IMG/VR virus record: IMGVR_UViG_3300027899_000001
Location: 186,001-250,000 of that record
Direction: 5' to 3' (one strand)
DNA: 64,000 nt
Position 1 is the stretch's first letter, and each line of letters begins with the position of its first letter. A program made the translations under genes and the position numbers. A model generated the notes under the pieces. The model was not told where the DNA came from, did no database searches, and worked only from the letters and a program-made list of their open reading frames with translations. Below are positions 38,928-49,436 of this stretch, one piece after another.

Positions 38928-39290
38928 ATGATAAAGGATATTTATATACGCTCTGTAGACGATCCCAATTTTCAATACGGTGTTTTAGAACATTCAGATG
39001 CAATAGAATCAATTATCGCAAAAATAAAAATGTTATTTGGAACTCGTCCTGGACAAGTAATGGGTGATATCGCATTTGGATTAGGTATAGAAGATTTAAT
39101 TTTTGAAACACGCGTAAATAAAATTCAATTAGAAGAAAAAATAAAATCCCAATTTGATATTTATATATCAGAAACAAAAGATTTTAAAATAACGCCTACA
39201 GTTTCATTTGGACGTGCTGATGGATATGATTATGCTATTATAGATGTTTTTGTAGATGATCAAAGATTGATAGGAATATTAGTTAAATAA
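38928..39290 (+). CDS. Baseplate wedge subunit, gp25-like, 120 aa
   Basis: IKMLFGTRPGQVMGDIAFGLGIEDLIFE matches the gp25 T..GE....P.FG..L..LLFE pattern; size and context fit. Confidence 0.75.
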   Translation: MIKDIYIRSVDDPNFQYGVLEHSDAIESIIAKIKMLFGTRPGQVMGDIAFGLGIEDLIFETRVNKIQLEEKIKSQFDIYISETKDFKITPTVSFGRADGYDYAIIDVFVDDQRLIGILVK

Positions 39291-39565
39291 TGAAAGCAAA
39301 AAGAGTATTTGAAAAATTTGAAGAAGGAACTGATCCTATTGATGATATGAACATAGGAAAGGTAGTATGTCCTTATTGTAAAGGCCATGGATATACAGAT
39401 GAACACGATCCTCTTTGTTATGATCCAAGAACAGGAGAACATGATTGTTATGGATGTCCTATACAAGTTCCATATGATTATTGCAATGGAACTGGAGAAA
39501 TATTAAAAAAGGATATTGCTAGACATCAAGCAGAAGAACAAAATTGGGACGATTTGCCCTTTTAA
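39290..39565 (+). CDS. Tagged small Zn-finger protein with SSB-like C-terminal tail, 91 aa
   Basis: MKAKRVFEKFEEGTDPIDDMNIG; CPYCKGHG, CYGCP, YCNGTG; ends WDDLPF. Confidence 0.65.
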   Translation: MKAKRVFEKFEEGTDPIDDMNIGKVVCPYCKGHGYTDEHDPLCYDPRTGEHDCYGCPIQVPYDYCNGTGEILKKDIARHQAEEQNWDDLPF

Positions 39566-39581
39566 AAATAAAATATAAAAA

Positions 39582-40286
39582 ATGGAATATTTTGTATATA
39601 TAACAACCAATTTAATTAACGGAAAACAATATGTTGGAGAACATTCAACTGATAACTTAAAAAAAGATAAGTATTTAGGAAGCGGTAATTTTACAAACGC
39701 AAAAAAGAAATATGGAATACATAATTTTGAAAGAAAAATTCTTGAGTTTTTTCCAACAAAACAAGAAGCATTTGCTGCTCAAGCAAAATATATAATTGAA
39801 TTTAATACATTAGTTCCTAATGGATATAATATAAGCCCAACTGGTGGATGGGGAGCTAGTGGGTGTATTTCAAAGGAAGGAAGATTAAGAATAAGTAAAG
39901 CTAATAAAGGTCATAAAAGATGGTTAGGAAAAACTCATACTGAAGAATCAAAAAAGAGAATGAGTAAATCACACGAAGGAATATTACACACAAAAGAAGC
40001 TAAACAAAAAATAAGTAATTCTACCTCAGGAGAAAAAAATGGAATGTATGGAAAACATCATAATGAAGAAACAAAACAAAAAATAAGAAAAAAGGCTGAA
40101 GGACAAATATGGCCAGAGGAAAGAAAAAAAAGAGTAAGTGAAAAAAATAAAGGAAGAAAATATATAGGTGAATTATATGAAATGAGATATAAAAAAATAG
40201 AATGTCTATACTGTAAAACATTAGTAGATAAAGCTAATTATTCAAGATGGCATGGAGAAAATTGTAAAAAGAAAATAAAAATATAA
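39582..40286 (+). mobile_element. Freestanding GIY-YIG homing endonuclease with NUMOD3-type repeats
   Basis: YFVYITTNLINGKQYVG, YLGSG, GYNI; repeated H(T/N)EE(S/T)K.K(I/M)S motifs. Confidence 0.85.
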
Positions 40287-40287
40287 T

Positions 40288-42186
40288 ATGGAATTATTTC
40301 AGACTACTCGCGTGAGAATGTCAGAGCTTTATCAAGATGCTCTTACATTTATCACAAATACCTATGGAGACCTTGGACAATATTTCACAATGGCTTCTCC
40401 TATGGGACAATTACTTCAAGTAATTCTTCATTATGGAAGAATGATTTTATTTTATGTTGAAGATTCTGTAACTGAATTAAACATTAAAACTGCATCAAGA
40501 CCACAAAGTATAAAAGGTCTTGCAAGTTTAACTGGTCATAATCCTTCAAGAGCTATGGCAGCAAGAGGAACATTAACATTATCATATAATGGTTCTAAAC
40601 TTCCTACATATGCAAATGTAATTTCTATTCTTAATTATACTCAACTTACAAATAGTCAAAATGGCTTAACATATACTATTATTCTTCCGGGACAAGAAAC
40701 ACGATTAGATTTAACAAATATTACAAATTATATTGAAGTTAATATCGTTCAAGGAAAAATAGAATTTCAACAAGCAACTGGAACAGGAGATGCATTACAA
40801 TCATTTAATTTTCAAAATAAAAAGGGTGCATTTATTGATAATTATTACGTAAATGTTTATGTTGATGGAGTTAAATGGGCTATTGTAGATTCTATTTTAG
40901 ACATGACTATACAACAACCTGCAGTTATGGTTAAAACAGGACAAACAGGAGGAATAGACATTTTCTTTGGAAATGGTTATAACGGTGCTGCTCCAAGAAT
41001 GGGTTCAACTATATTAGTTGAACATCTTATTACTGATGGAGAAACTGGAAATATAAACAGTATGACTACTCCTACTACAAATATATGGAAATTTATAACT
41101 AAAGGATATGCACTTAATGGAGAAGAAATTGATATTAATAAATATGTTTCAATTGCAATAAAAAATGATATAATGTTTGGTGCTCAAGAAGAACCGCTTT
41201 ATCTAACAAGATTATTAGCTCCAAATATGTCAAGGAGTTTTGTTCTTGCAAACACAAACAATTATATTTATTTTCTTAGAAGATTAAATATGTTTACTGT
41301 TATAGATGCTATTCCTGGGTTTGCAACATTTGAAGATCAATATACGCTGGACAAATATAATCAAGCTCAAACAACATATGAAAAAATAAGTACAGAATAT
41401 AGAAATTTAACTGCAACATACGGAGTAACTTCAACACAAGCAACTGCTAAAAAAGTTGAATTAGATAATGCTCAACAACAATTATATACTTATCAAGCAG
41501 CACTTGAAAAACAAAAACAAGATGATAATACAGTTTACTTATTTTTAGTTCCTGATATAAATAAAAGAATACAACCCGGAGAAAATTATTATAATTGTAA
41601 TATGGCTGCATTTTCATTATCAGATGGAGAAAAATTAGCAATATTAGATTTAATAGAACAAAGTGGTCAAAGAATTTTAACAGTTGATAATGTAATATTA
41701 GATTTACAATTTCCAAGATTCACTTTAAATATGTCTCTTATATTATGGGAAGGAGCTTCTTTTGATACCGTAAGACAAAATATTATTTCAGCAACTTCTG
41801 ATTATTTTTTACAAAATACAAGAAGAGACAGAATTCCTGTTTCTGATTTAGTAAGAATTATTGAAGGATTAGATGGAGTGGATTCTGTAAATGTATGGTT
41901 TGATGCAGCAAAAGAAAATTTTGATAAAGTATATAAAAATCATTATGGAATTGATGATTATGGTGATATTATTCTTGAAAGATATGTTAAAGATGCATTT
42001 GGAAATGAAGTGTCTATAAAAGATGTATATCCTATTATTAGAGGAGGGTTTGAAAATGTATCTGGCGTATTTTACGAAGATAGTTTAACAAAAAATAAAT
42101 TATCATCATTAAATATTCAAGTTAGAGGCTATACAGCCAAAAACTTAAATTCAGAACATAATATAGCAATTGTTAATAATCTATGA
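40288..42186 (+). CDS. Baseplate wedge subunit, gp6-like, 632 aa
   Basis: ELNIKTASRPQSIKGLASLTGHNPSR, IFFGNG..G..P and Y/HLITDGETGN are gp6/baseplate-J-like motifs; follows the gp25-like gene. Confidence 0.75.
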   Translation: MELFQTTRVRMSELYQDALTFITNTYGDLGQYFTMASPMGQLLQVILHYGRMILFYVEDSVTELNIKTASRPQSIKGLASLTGHNPSRAMAARGTLTLSYNGSKLPTYANVISILNYTQLTNSQNGLTYTIILPGQETRLDLTNITNYIEVNIVQGKIEFQQATGTGDALQSFNFQNKKGAFIDNYYVNVYVDGVKWAIVDSILDMTIQQPAVMVKTGQTGGIDIFFGNGYNGAAPRMGSTILVEHLITDGETGNINSMTTPTTNIWKFITKGYALNGEEIDINKYVSIAIKNDIMFGAQEEPLYLTRLLAPNMSRSFVLANTNNYIYFLRRLNMFTVIDAIPGFATFEDQYTLDKYNQAQTTYEKISTEYRNLTATYGVTSTQATAKKVELDNAQQQLYTYQAALEKQKQDDNTVYLFLVPDINKRIQPGENYYNCNMAAFSLSDGEKLAILDLIEQSGQRILTVDNVILDLQFPRFTLNMSLILWEGASFDTVRQNIISATSDYFLQNTRRDRIPVSDLVRIIEGLDGVDSVNVWFDAAKENFDKVYKNHYGIDDYGDIILERYVKDAFGNEVSIKDVYPIIRGGFENVSGVFYEDSLTKNKLSSLNIQVRGYTAKNLNSEHNIAIVNNL

Positions 42187-42662
42187 AACTAGTTAGAGAA
42201 CATATAAACGAAAAATTTACAGAAAATACTGATTCTATTTGGGATATGGAAATAGGCTTGCCTAAGACAATGAATAATATTATAGAAAAGATATTAGACT
42301 TAGATATGCAAGAAAAATTAATTGAAAGTGGTACTACTAATAAAGGAAATATAAATCATATTATTGTAAGTAAAGGCAATCTTATAATTAGATATTATAG
42401 TAATCCATTTAAAAAAGGAGAAACACTAAAACAAAAAATACGAATAAGAAAACAATATTATATAGATCTTATAAAAAGAGCTGGTATTAGTGACATGGTA
42501 GAGAAGGGCATAGATACTCCTTTAAGATATAGAATAACTTTTAAGATAAAACAACCTTATATTAGATTTTTTCCAGAAGGATATGACTATGATGAACTAG
42601 ATTATGACTACTTTAAAAATGGCAATATAAGAACATATAAAAGTAAATATACAGGAGAATAG
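42183..42662 (+). CDS. Tagged protein (cargo family B), 159 aa
   Basis: MKLVREHINEKFTENTDSIWDMEIG; ATGA overlap with the gp6-like gene. Confidence 0.7.
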   Translation: MKLVREHINEKFTENTDSIWDMEIGLPKTMNNIIEKILDLDMQEKLIESGTTNKGNINHIIVSKGNLIIRYYSNPFKKGETLKQKIRIRKQYYIDLIKRAGISDMVEKGIDTPLRYRITFKIKQPYIRFFPEGYDYDELDYDYFKNGNIRTYKSKYTGE

Positions 42663-42667
42663 TAATT

Positions 42668-42934
42668 ATGGCAGAAAGAAGAAAATTATATACGATAAGA
42701 CCATCTTATTTATATCAAGCAAAACATCATAGTGATGTATTTTTAAATCTTGGTTATAAATACAGGGGTAACATTCTTAAAAATGGAACCTCTCCGGAAT
42801 TGTATGCCAACCCTTTACAAGTGGGCATGTTAAGTACAATTGAGGGATTTCTTAATTTTTTAGTTGAACAAGCAAAATATGTTAAAAAATGGTTTTCGAT
42901 CGCGCATGACAAAAACACGACAAATATAAATTAA
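42668..42934 (+). CDS. Hypothetical protein (probably baseplate-associated), 88 aa
   Basis: Fills the gap between baseplate genes. Confidence 0.5.
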   Translation: MAERRKLYTIRPSYLYQAKHHSDVFLNLGYKYRGNILKNGTSPELYANPLQVGMLSTIEGFLNFLVEQAKYVKKWFSIAHDKNTTNIN

Positions 42935-42938
42935 ATCG

Positions 42939-45900
42939 ATGAATTTATCACAGTGGAAAATATATGATAAGGCTGGTGACTACATCAATTGGACGCCTGC
43001 TTCTAATATAAAATTAAGTTTTAACTCAGCTACAGGCATAGGTGCAGAGGGGTACCTAGTTACCGATCCTAGCGGATTTGCTATATATGCAAAAATAACT
43101 GATGGTGGATATTTGTATGATGATGTTATAACAGCTTATTATACATACGCGTTTAGCACTGGCGGAGAAATATTATTAACGCCTACAGATGCATCTATAT
43201 TAACCACAGATGTTTCGATATTTAGTCCTGATGGAATGAATACTAAAAGTATTAGTGGTCTTGCATTGGATCTAGATGCTAGTTTTTCTTATCCCTCTGT
43301 TACTTATGCTGCAGCTATTTTCTTAAAACCCATTTCAGTAGGATTAGTCGAAACAGAAACTCTTTATATTTTCCAAGAAATTGCAACTGATACATATATA
43401 CGCCCATATGATGCAAGCAACTCCACTATATTATTTAGATTCGAAGGAGATGATGTAGAAATTCAATTTTTTACAGTAGATGAAGATACAACAGAAATAA
43501 CTTGGACACGTCAATTACAATTTGATTTATCATTATACACTTTAGATACTCCTATAACTCTTAATATAGGATTTAGAGCAGAAACTGAAGGAGTATTTGA
43601 AAGAATATTAAGAGCATATCATAAAGTTGGAGATGAATATTTTATTTTAGCTGATATTCTTGTTAATGCCGAATCAGTTGGAGAAGATGAAAGATTTAGA
43701 ACACTTATAACAAACTTTGGTCTTCCAGATCCAAAAGATATTCCACAAATTTTTAAGGAAACAGATATTAACGAAGATTTGCCCGATTGGGATGTTCTTA
43801 ATTATAAATCAAAACATCTTATACTTGAGTATGATCAAATAATGCCATATATAGGAACCTATAAAGCGTTAATAAATGCAATTAAATGGCTGGGCTATGA
43901 TGATATTTATGTGCGTGAATGGTTTAAAAACGTTAAAGATAATACTAAATTATCTGTAATTGTTTCTTATGATGCTAAAGATAGAACACAAACAATGTTA
44001 AGATTTGATGCTAATCAAAGAAAAACACTTAAAAAATTAAATCAATTATCTTTAGTTTATTGTTTAACACGCGAAACAGGAGAAATAGATGATTGGGGAA
44101 CACCATTAACTGAAAATTGTTATTCTTATAACATTAAAGAGGTGTTTATAAAATTAATGGCATTAAAACAATGGCTAGAAAGAAATATTATAGGAATAAA
44201 TTGTAGAATAGTAGATCTTACCGGTGAAGGCGTTTATTTTGAAAGAATACAAAATCTTATTTATACAACTGATAATATTGGATTTGAATATAATGTTTCA
44301 CAAACATTAACTCCATATGGACCAGATCATGATAGTGAATTAGTAACTGGAGATGCCAGTGTAAGATTAACATTTTTAGAATTAACTAATACAGCTGTAC
44401 AGGATCTTAAATATCGATTTATAGATATGGCAGAAACTGCTTGGAATCCAAATGATCCAAATATATATTATTCTTTAGATGATCCATCATATCTAGCAGA
44501 TCCAAGTAGCTTTTTAATTATGGGAGCAACTTTTGATTATCCCTTTGTTAACATTGCTGATATTATGTATAAATTATCAGTTCAAAAGGAATTAGGCGGT
44601 GTTATAGGAGAAACTCTTGTTACAAATCCATTATTTGTTTATGAAAATGAAATTAGATTTTATAATACATACGACACATCTTCTATATTTTATGATGTTT
44701 CAACTGATTTAACAATTTTACTTGAAAAAGCATATTTAAGAGATCCAAGTATTGATGAATGGGTTAATTCAATTGCATATACTATTTATCACGAACCTTC
44801 TAATTATTATGATTATGTTTTAGAAACATCAGCAGGTTTTAAAACATATACTAGTGGATATGTTACATTTACTCCTGATACATCAGCAAAATTACAATAT
44901 GCAGTAGATTCTAATTATAAAGTTCCTTTATTAACTTTTCAATATTTTAGTTATACAGATGCTAGTGGATATAATCAAAATTTTGGAGATAAAGAATATA
45001 TTCTTGATATTGTAGATGGAAAAATTTATATGAATTCAGGAATAACAGATAGTTCTGATAATTTAGAAATGTATATCAATTTTAATTATGATACAAGTTT
45101 AATAGAACAACAAATTACTGTTAATGCTGTTTATCAATCTCCTCGAATGAGACTTTTTCAAGTAGACCCGAGTATATATTATTGGGCAGATCCTTCAGGA
45201 TTATCAGGAGGAAACGACCCGAGTATTTATATTATTGATAATAGTATTTATACATTTAATATTCATCATATTGGAGATTATAATATTGATATGTATGCGT
45301 GGGATTCATATAATACAATGATGTATAATCCTGCAAGAGAACCGTATCCAGTATGGGTTAAATATCCTACAATATATTTCTTAGTAGATAATTCAAGTTA
45401 TATGGGATATGATGTTAGTAAATATATGTCCTATTGGGAAGTAAGTACATTAATATCTAATCATCCATTTCCTATTTATGATAGAGATATTCCATTACAA
45501 GGATTACAATTTTTAATTGATGCGAGTGGAAATCCATATATAGAAGTTCCTTCTATCACATATTTTCAAGATGTGCCAGAACCTAATTCATATAATAGAT
45601 TTTTTAATTTAACTGAAAGAGTTGTATCGATATCAGGAACTTCTCTTGTGATAGATGATGATTTTCAAAAATTTTATACAGGTGATAACATTGCAATCGT
45701 TAAATTTGATAAAGGAAAATATGCATTAATATCTGAAGTAAGTTCTAATATACTTACATCAAGTTATTTACCAACATCTAATCCAACATTAATTACAGTT
45801 GATAATATACCCGCTGATTTTATAATAGATCCTTCAACAGATATTTACATTCTAAACGATACATATAGATATGTAACAAATTCAAGTAATAATAATAATA

Positions 45901-46547
45901 ATTTTATAACAGATGTAAGCGGCTATATATTTCAAGTAAATCAAGCAGTAGGAGTAATTGTATCTGATGGAATTACTGGTTATTCTTGGGGATCTACATA
46001 TAGAGTTATTGATGTTAGTGGAGTTACTCATAGATTTAAAGATACTATTCCTGATTTTTTCCTTGATGATCCTAGTAGATATACTATTACTGTTAAACAT
46101 GCTTTTTCAACATATTCAGAATTTACTGCTCCTACATATTTTGCATCAGAATCAGATAACAAATTTAGCGTTTATTTAAAAACTTCATATTGTCAAGAAT
46201 ATTATGTAGACAACACATTTGTTTATATGAATAATATTTTTGATCATGATCATATAAATTTTCAGTGGTATGATCCTTCTTTAGATTTAGTAAACAGCGA
46301 ATTTTATTATTATAAAAAACCTATTTGGGTTGATACTGGTACACTAGTTATTTTAAGAGCTGAATATGATCCAAGTAATTATATGTTAGATCAAAAAAAT
46401 ATTTGGACAGCCAGATTCAATGATAATGATGCAGTATATTTTAAAGTTTATAATGAAAGTGTGCCTATATTATTTGGATTTACTACACACTTTAAGATAA
46501 ATGTTGAAAGTTATGATAAATATGGAAATATAAGTAAGACAGAATAA
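42939..46547 (+). CDS. Large baseplate protein, gp7-like core, 1202 aa
   Basis: YIGTYKALINAIKWLGY resembles the KGT..(A/S)I..L...LG tail-protein-I/gp7 motif; downstream of the gp6-like gene. Confidence 0.55.
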   Translation: MNLSQWKIYDKAGDYINWTPASNIKLSFNSATGIGAEGYLVTDPSGFAIYAKITDGGYLYDDVITAYYTYAFSTGGEILLTPTDASILTTDVSIFSPDGMNTKSISGLALDLDASFSYPSVTYAAAIFLKPISVGLVETETLYIFQEIATDTYIRPYDASNSTILFRFEGDDVEIQFFTVDEDTTEITWTRQLQFDLSLYTLDTPITLNIGFRAETEGVFERILRAYHKVGDEYFILADILVNAESVGEDERFRTLITNFGLPDPKDIPQIFKETDINEDLPDWDVLNYKSKHLILEYDQIMPYIGTYKALINAIKWLGYDDIYVREWFKNVKDNTKLSVIVSYDAKDRTQTMLRFDANQRKTLKKLNQLSLVYCLTRETGEIDDWGTPLTENCYSYNIKEVFIKLMALKQWLERNIIGINCRIVDLTGEGVYFERIQNLIYTTDNIGFEYNVSQTLTPYGPDHDSELVTGDASVRLTFLELTNTAVQDLKYRFIDMAETAWNPNDPNIYYSLDDPSYLADPSSFLIMGATFDYPFVNIADIMYKLSVQKELGGVIGETLVTNPLFVYENEIRFYNTYDTSSIFYDVSTDLTILLEKAYLRDPSIDEWVNSIAYTIYHEPSNYYDYVLETSAGFKTYTSGYVTFTPDTSAKLQYAVDSNYKVPLLTFQYFSYTDASGYNQNFGDKEYILDIVDGKIYMNSGITDSSDNLEMYINFNYDTSLIEQQITVNAVYQSPRMRLFQVDPSIYYWADPSGLSGGNDPSIYIIDNSIYTFNIHHIGDYNIDMYAWDSYNTMMYNPAREPYPVWVKYPTIYFLVDNSSYMGYDVSKYMSYWEVSTLISNHPFPIYDRDIPLQGLQFLIDASGNPYIEVPSITYFQDVPEPNSYNRFFNLTERVVSISGTSLVIDDDFQKFYTGDNIAIVKFDKGKYALISEVSSNILTSSYLPTSNPTLITVDNIPADFIIDPSTDIYILNDTYRYVTNSSNNNNNFITDVSGYIFQVNQAVGVIVSDGITGYSWGSTYRVIDVSGVTHRFKDTIPDFFLDDPSRYTITVKHAFSTYSEFTAPTYFASESDNKFSVYLKTSYCQEYYVDNTFVYMNNIFDHDHINFQWYDPSLDLVNSEFYYYKKPIWVDTGTLVILRAEYDPSNYMLDQKNIWTARFNDNDAVYFKVYNESVPILFGFTTHFKINVESYDKYGNISKTE

Positions 46548-46548
46548 T

Positions 46549-49047
46549 ATGATAATAGAAGTAATAGAAGGAAGCATATATAGATCAGCGTCTAAGACGC
46601 CTCCAATAGTATTGTTTATTCCTGCGCCAATTGCTTTAGCAGCAACAAATATTGGGCTTCATCAATTTGATGCCAATTGGGTATTTGATTCATCTATAGA
46701 AGGATATTATCTTGATGTTGCTGATAATAGTACATTTTCTTCTTTTGTATATAATAATTTAAATGTAGGAGACGTAAGTACTTATACTGTACTTGGTTTA
46801 AATTCTTCAACTAATTATTATTATAGACTTCGTGCTTATGTTGGTTTTATAAGTAGTCCTAATTCTAATATTATAGATACATCAACACTTACATTAGCTG
46901 CTCCTGTTGCAACTGCAGCTACAGATGTATCAACAAATTCATTTGTATCTAATTGGAATGATGTTTCAGAAGCTAATGGTTATTATCTTTATGTTTCTGA
47001 TAATAGTACATTTAGCTCATATGTTACAGGTTTTAATGGATTAAACGTAGCAAATGTATCAACATATTTAGTAACTGGAATTAGTGCTAATACAACTTAT
47101 TATTATCGTTTAAAAGCTTATGATAATGCTAGAACCAGTGATTATTCAAATATAATAAATACTAGTACAAATATAATGATGTACACGGCGTGTGCTACTT
47201 ATTCTCCATATTTTGTTTCAGTATCATCTTCTAGTGGATTCTTAAGTGTAGGCGCTTTAAATTCTAGTGTTGGAACAATAGGTAATTATGTAATAGAATG
47301 GAGATTAAATTCAAGTACGGGTTCTACAGTATTTGTTTCTGGATACGGAGTTGATCCTTCAATTCAATCACAACATCCTGTTGTAAATGAAGTAGTATTT
47401 GCAGGAACTCTTTATCCTATAATAAAATATACATATATAAATTCAGTAAAATATACTCTTGATTTTACTCCAGGCGCACGTTATAGTCCTGATTTTATAA
47501 ATTGCTTAAATCCAGTAGTAATTACTCCTATAGATTGCTGTACAGCTTTAGGAGTTGATCCAATATATCCTTATTATCTTTCATATAATAATGCTGCAGA
47601 TTTTGGTGTAAATAAATCTAGAAGTCTTAAATATGATATATGTCCTAGCGTAGCATACTTAGCTTGGGAATTTGATGCTTTTACAGTTCCAGAACAAATA
47701 AGATTCTATTATTGTACATCAACAAACTTTACTGGTATTTTATTAGATAATTTTATTCATGGCGCATTTCCTTTAACAACTAATTTATATCCTGCGAATT
47801 ATCCTGATGGAAGTGCAAGAACATATCAGAGACAATATAGAGGTGTTTATGGAATAAAATATATTACAGATCTTACAGATGTATCTCATAACACTGGTGA
47901 TTATGTAAGAATAGACATTACTGGTAGCGTATATGATCCAAGTAATAATAATACAAACTGGGATCTAAAAGTAAAATCGTTATATTCTATTGATCCTAGT
48001 TTTTATGATAGCAGTATTTCTAAAATTGCTTCTATAGATCCTTCATTATATTATTATGCAGATCCCGCATGTAGATATGATGTAAGTTATAATACATTAG
48101 AAATTTCACCATCATTCTCTAAAACTTCTCCAGCATCGCCGTTTATATGGAAATATATGGATGTATACACATATGTATTAAATCAAACAGGAAATAGTTT
48201 CATTAATCCTATAAATGATTCACTTAGATGGCAAAATATTACTAATTCAGCTTGGTTGTGGTATGGTGCTGGTGTAACTACAAATATGAATTTAAGTTCT
48301 GGACAAACAATAACAGCAACAAAAGATTCAAGCTATATGACATTTACATTTACAGATATAGCTGATTATAATAAATTTGCTTCTAATATCGCATCTATAA
48401 AAGCAGAACCAAATTACACTATTTGGCAAGGATTATCAAATACAAATGTACGATATTATGCATATTATCAAGTTCAATGTCCTAGTGCAGCAAGTGTAGG
48501 AGATAATTTACAAGATTATGCATTTCAGTTTCATTTATCAGCTGATATTTCATATAATGTTATTAATAAAACTATAGGTTTTCAATTTGTATCTCTTGTT
48601 AATAATATAACAGATTCTTCATGTGATAATTCATACGAACAAGCAGTATCAAGTATCAGTTCTATAAATAATATGAAAATTACGCCATGGCTTCCTATAA
48701 CAACACACGTAAGAAAAGTCGATCCTGTAACTGCTTTATGGTATAATACTACACTTACACATGAGATGACTAGAGAATCATTTACAGAATTTGATATACC
48801 AGGACCAATGACAAACAATTTAGTAGATTTAGCTGCTTTAGGATTTGTTTGGAATCCTATAGGATGGTCAAATTTCACAAATAAATGGACATTATTTAGA
48901 AACTGGGATAGAGTTAATTTTACTGGTAATGCATCTACTCATGATTATAGAATGAAACACTGGAATTTACAAAGAAAAATGTTCTTAAGAACTGATGTTA
49001 GCGCAGATACTGCATGGGAAGTTGTATATGATACGAGCATTGCATAA
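46549..49047 (+). CDS. Fibronectin type III domain virion protein, 832 aa
   Basis: Two tandem FN3 repeats (W...GYYL.V...Y.V.GL...T.YYYRL.AY...S..SN). Confidence 0.75.
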   Translation: MIIEVIEGSIYRSASKTPPIVLFIPAPIALAATNIGLHQFDANWVFDSSIEGYYLDVADNSTFSSFVYNNLNVGDVSTYTVLGLNSSTNYYYRLRAYVGFISSPNSNIIDTSTLTLAAPVATAATDVSTNSFVSNWNDVSEANGYYLYVSDNSTFSSYVTGFNGLNVANVSTYLVTGISANTTYYYRLKAYDNARTSDYSNIINTSTNIMMYTACATYSPYFVSVSSSSGFLSVGALNSSVGTIGNYVIEWRLNSSTGSTVFVSGYGVDPSIQSQHPVVNEVVFAGTLYPIIKYTYINSVKYTLDFTPGARYSPDFINCLNPVVITPIDCCTALGVDPIYPYYLSYNNAADFGVNKSRSLKYDICPSVAYLAWEFDAFTVPEQIRFYYCTSTNFTGILLDNFIHGAFPLTTNLYPANYPDGSARTYQRQYRGVYGIKYITDLTDVSHNTGDYVRIDITGSVYDPSNNNTNWDLKVKSLYSIDPSFYDSSISKIASIDPSLYYYADPACRYDVSYNTLEISPSFSKTSPASPFIWKYMDVYTYVLNQTGNSFINPINDSLRWQNITNSAWLWYGAGVTTNMNLSSGQTITATKDSSYMTFTFTDIADYNKFASNIASIKAEPNYTIWQGLSNTNVRYYAYYQVQCPSAASVGDNLQDYAFQFHLSADISYNVINKTIGFQFVSLVNNITDSSCDNSYEQAVSSISSINNMKITPWLPITTHVRKVDPVTALWYNTTLTHEMTRESFTEFDIPGPMTNNLVDLAALGFVWNPIGWSNFTNKWTLFRNWDRVNFTGNASTHDYRMKHWNLQRKMFLRTDVSADTAWEVVYDTSIA

Positions 49048-49436
49048 TGAAAACAAACAAATTAATACAAATTAATTCAGAATCCCTCGACAAATCTAGT
49101 GTATTTGTCGAGGTAAATTCTTTTAGATGGAGATCTTCATATCAATTATCTTTAGAAGAATTGTTAAAAGGAACTTCTGGAAATTATGATATATCTCAAG
49201 ATATTGATAATACTACTTTAATAATAGATGAAAATACGTTAAAGGTTAAAGTAAATCCTGTACATTTTAGTGCACCGAGTGTCTTCGCTGAGAAATTTAT
49301 TGATCAAAATATATCATATTATTCGCCGCCTAAAGATTCATCCACGTTATCGGGGATGCACATGATGACTGACAGCAACTATTTATATATATGGGTAGGA
49401 AATAGATGGAAGAGAACTCCGCTTTCAGAATGGTAA
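49047..49436 (+). CDS. Small fibre-associated structural protein, 129 aa
   Basis: C-terminal DSNYLYIWVGNRWKRTPLSEW, a motif common at phage fibre protein ends. Confidence 0.5.
   Translation: MKTNKLIQINSESLDKSSVFVEVNSFRWRSSYQLSLEELLKGTSGNYDISQDIDNTTLIIDENTLKVKVNPVHFSAPSVFAEKFIDQNISYYSPPKDSSTLSGMHMMTDSNYLYIWVGNRWKRTPLSEW

Noticed and set aside
39582-40286. Group I intron or intein around the homing endonucleases (also 52706..53554)
   Set aside because: Flanking genes look complete and the spacers are too short and AT-rich for a ribozyme core; treated as freestanding
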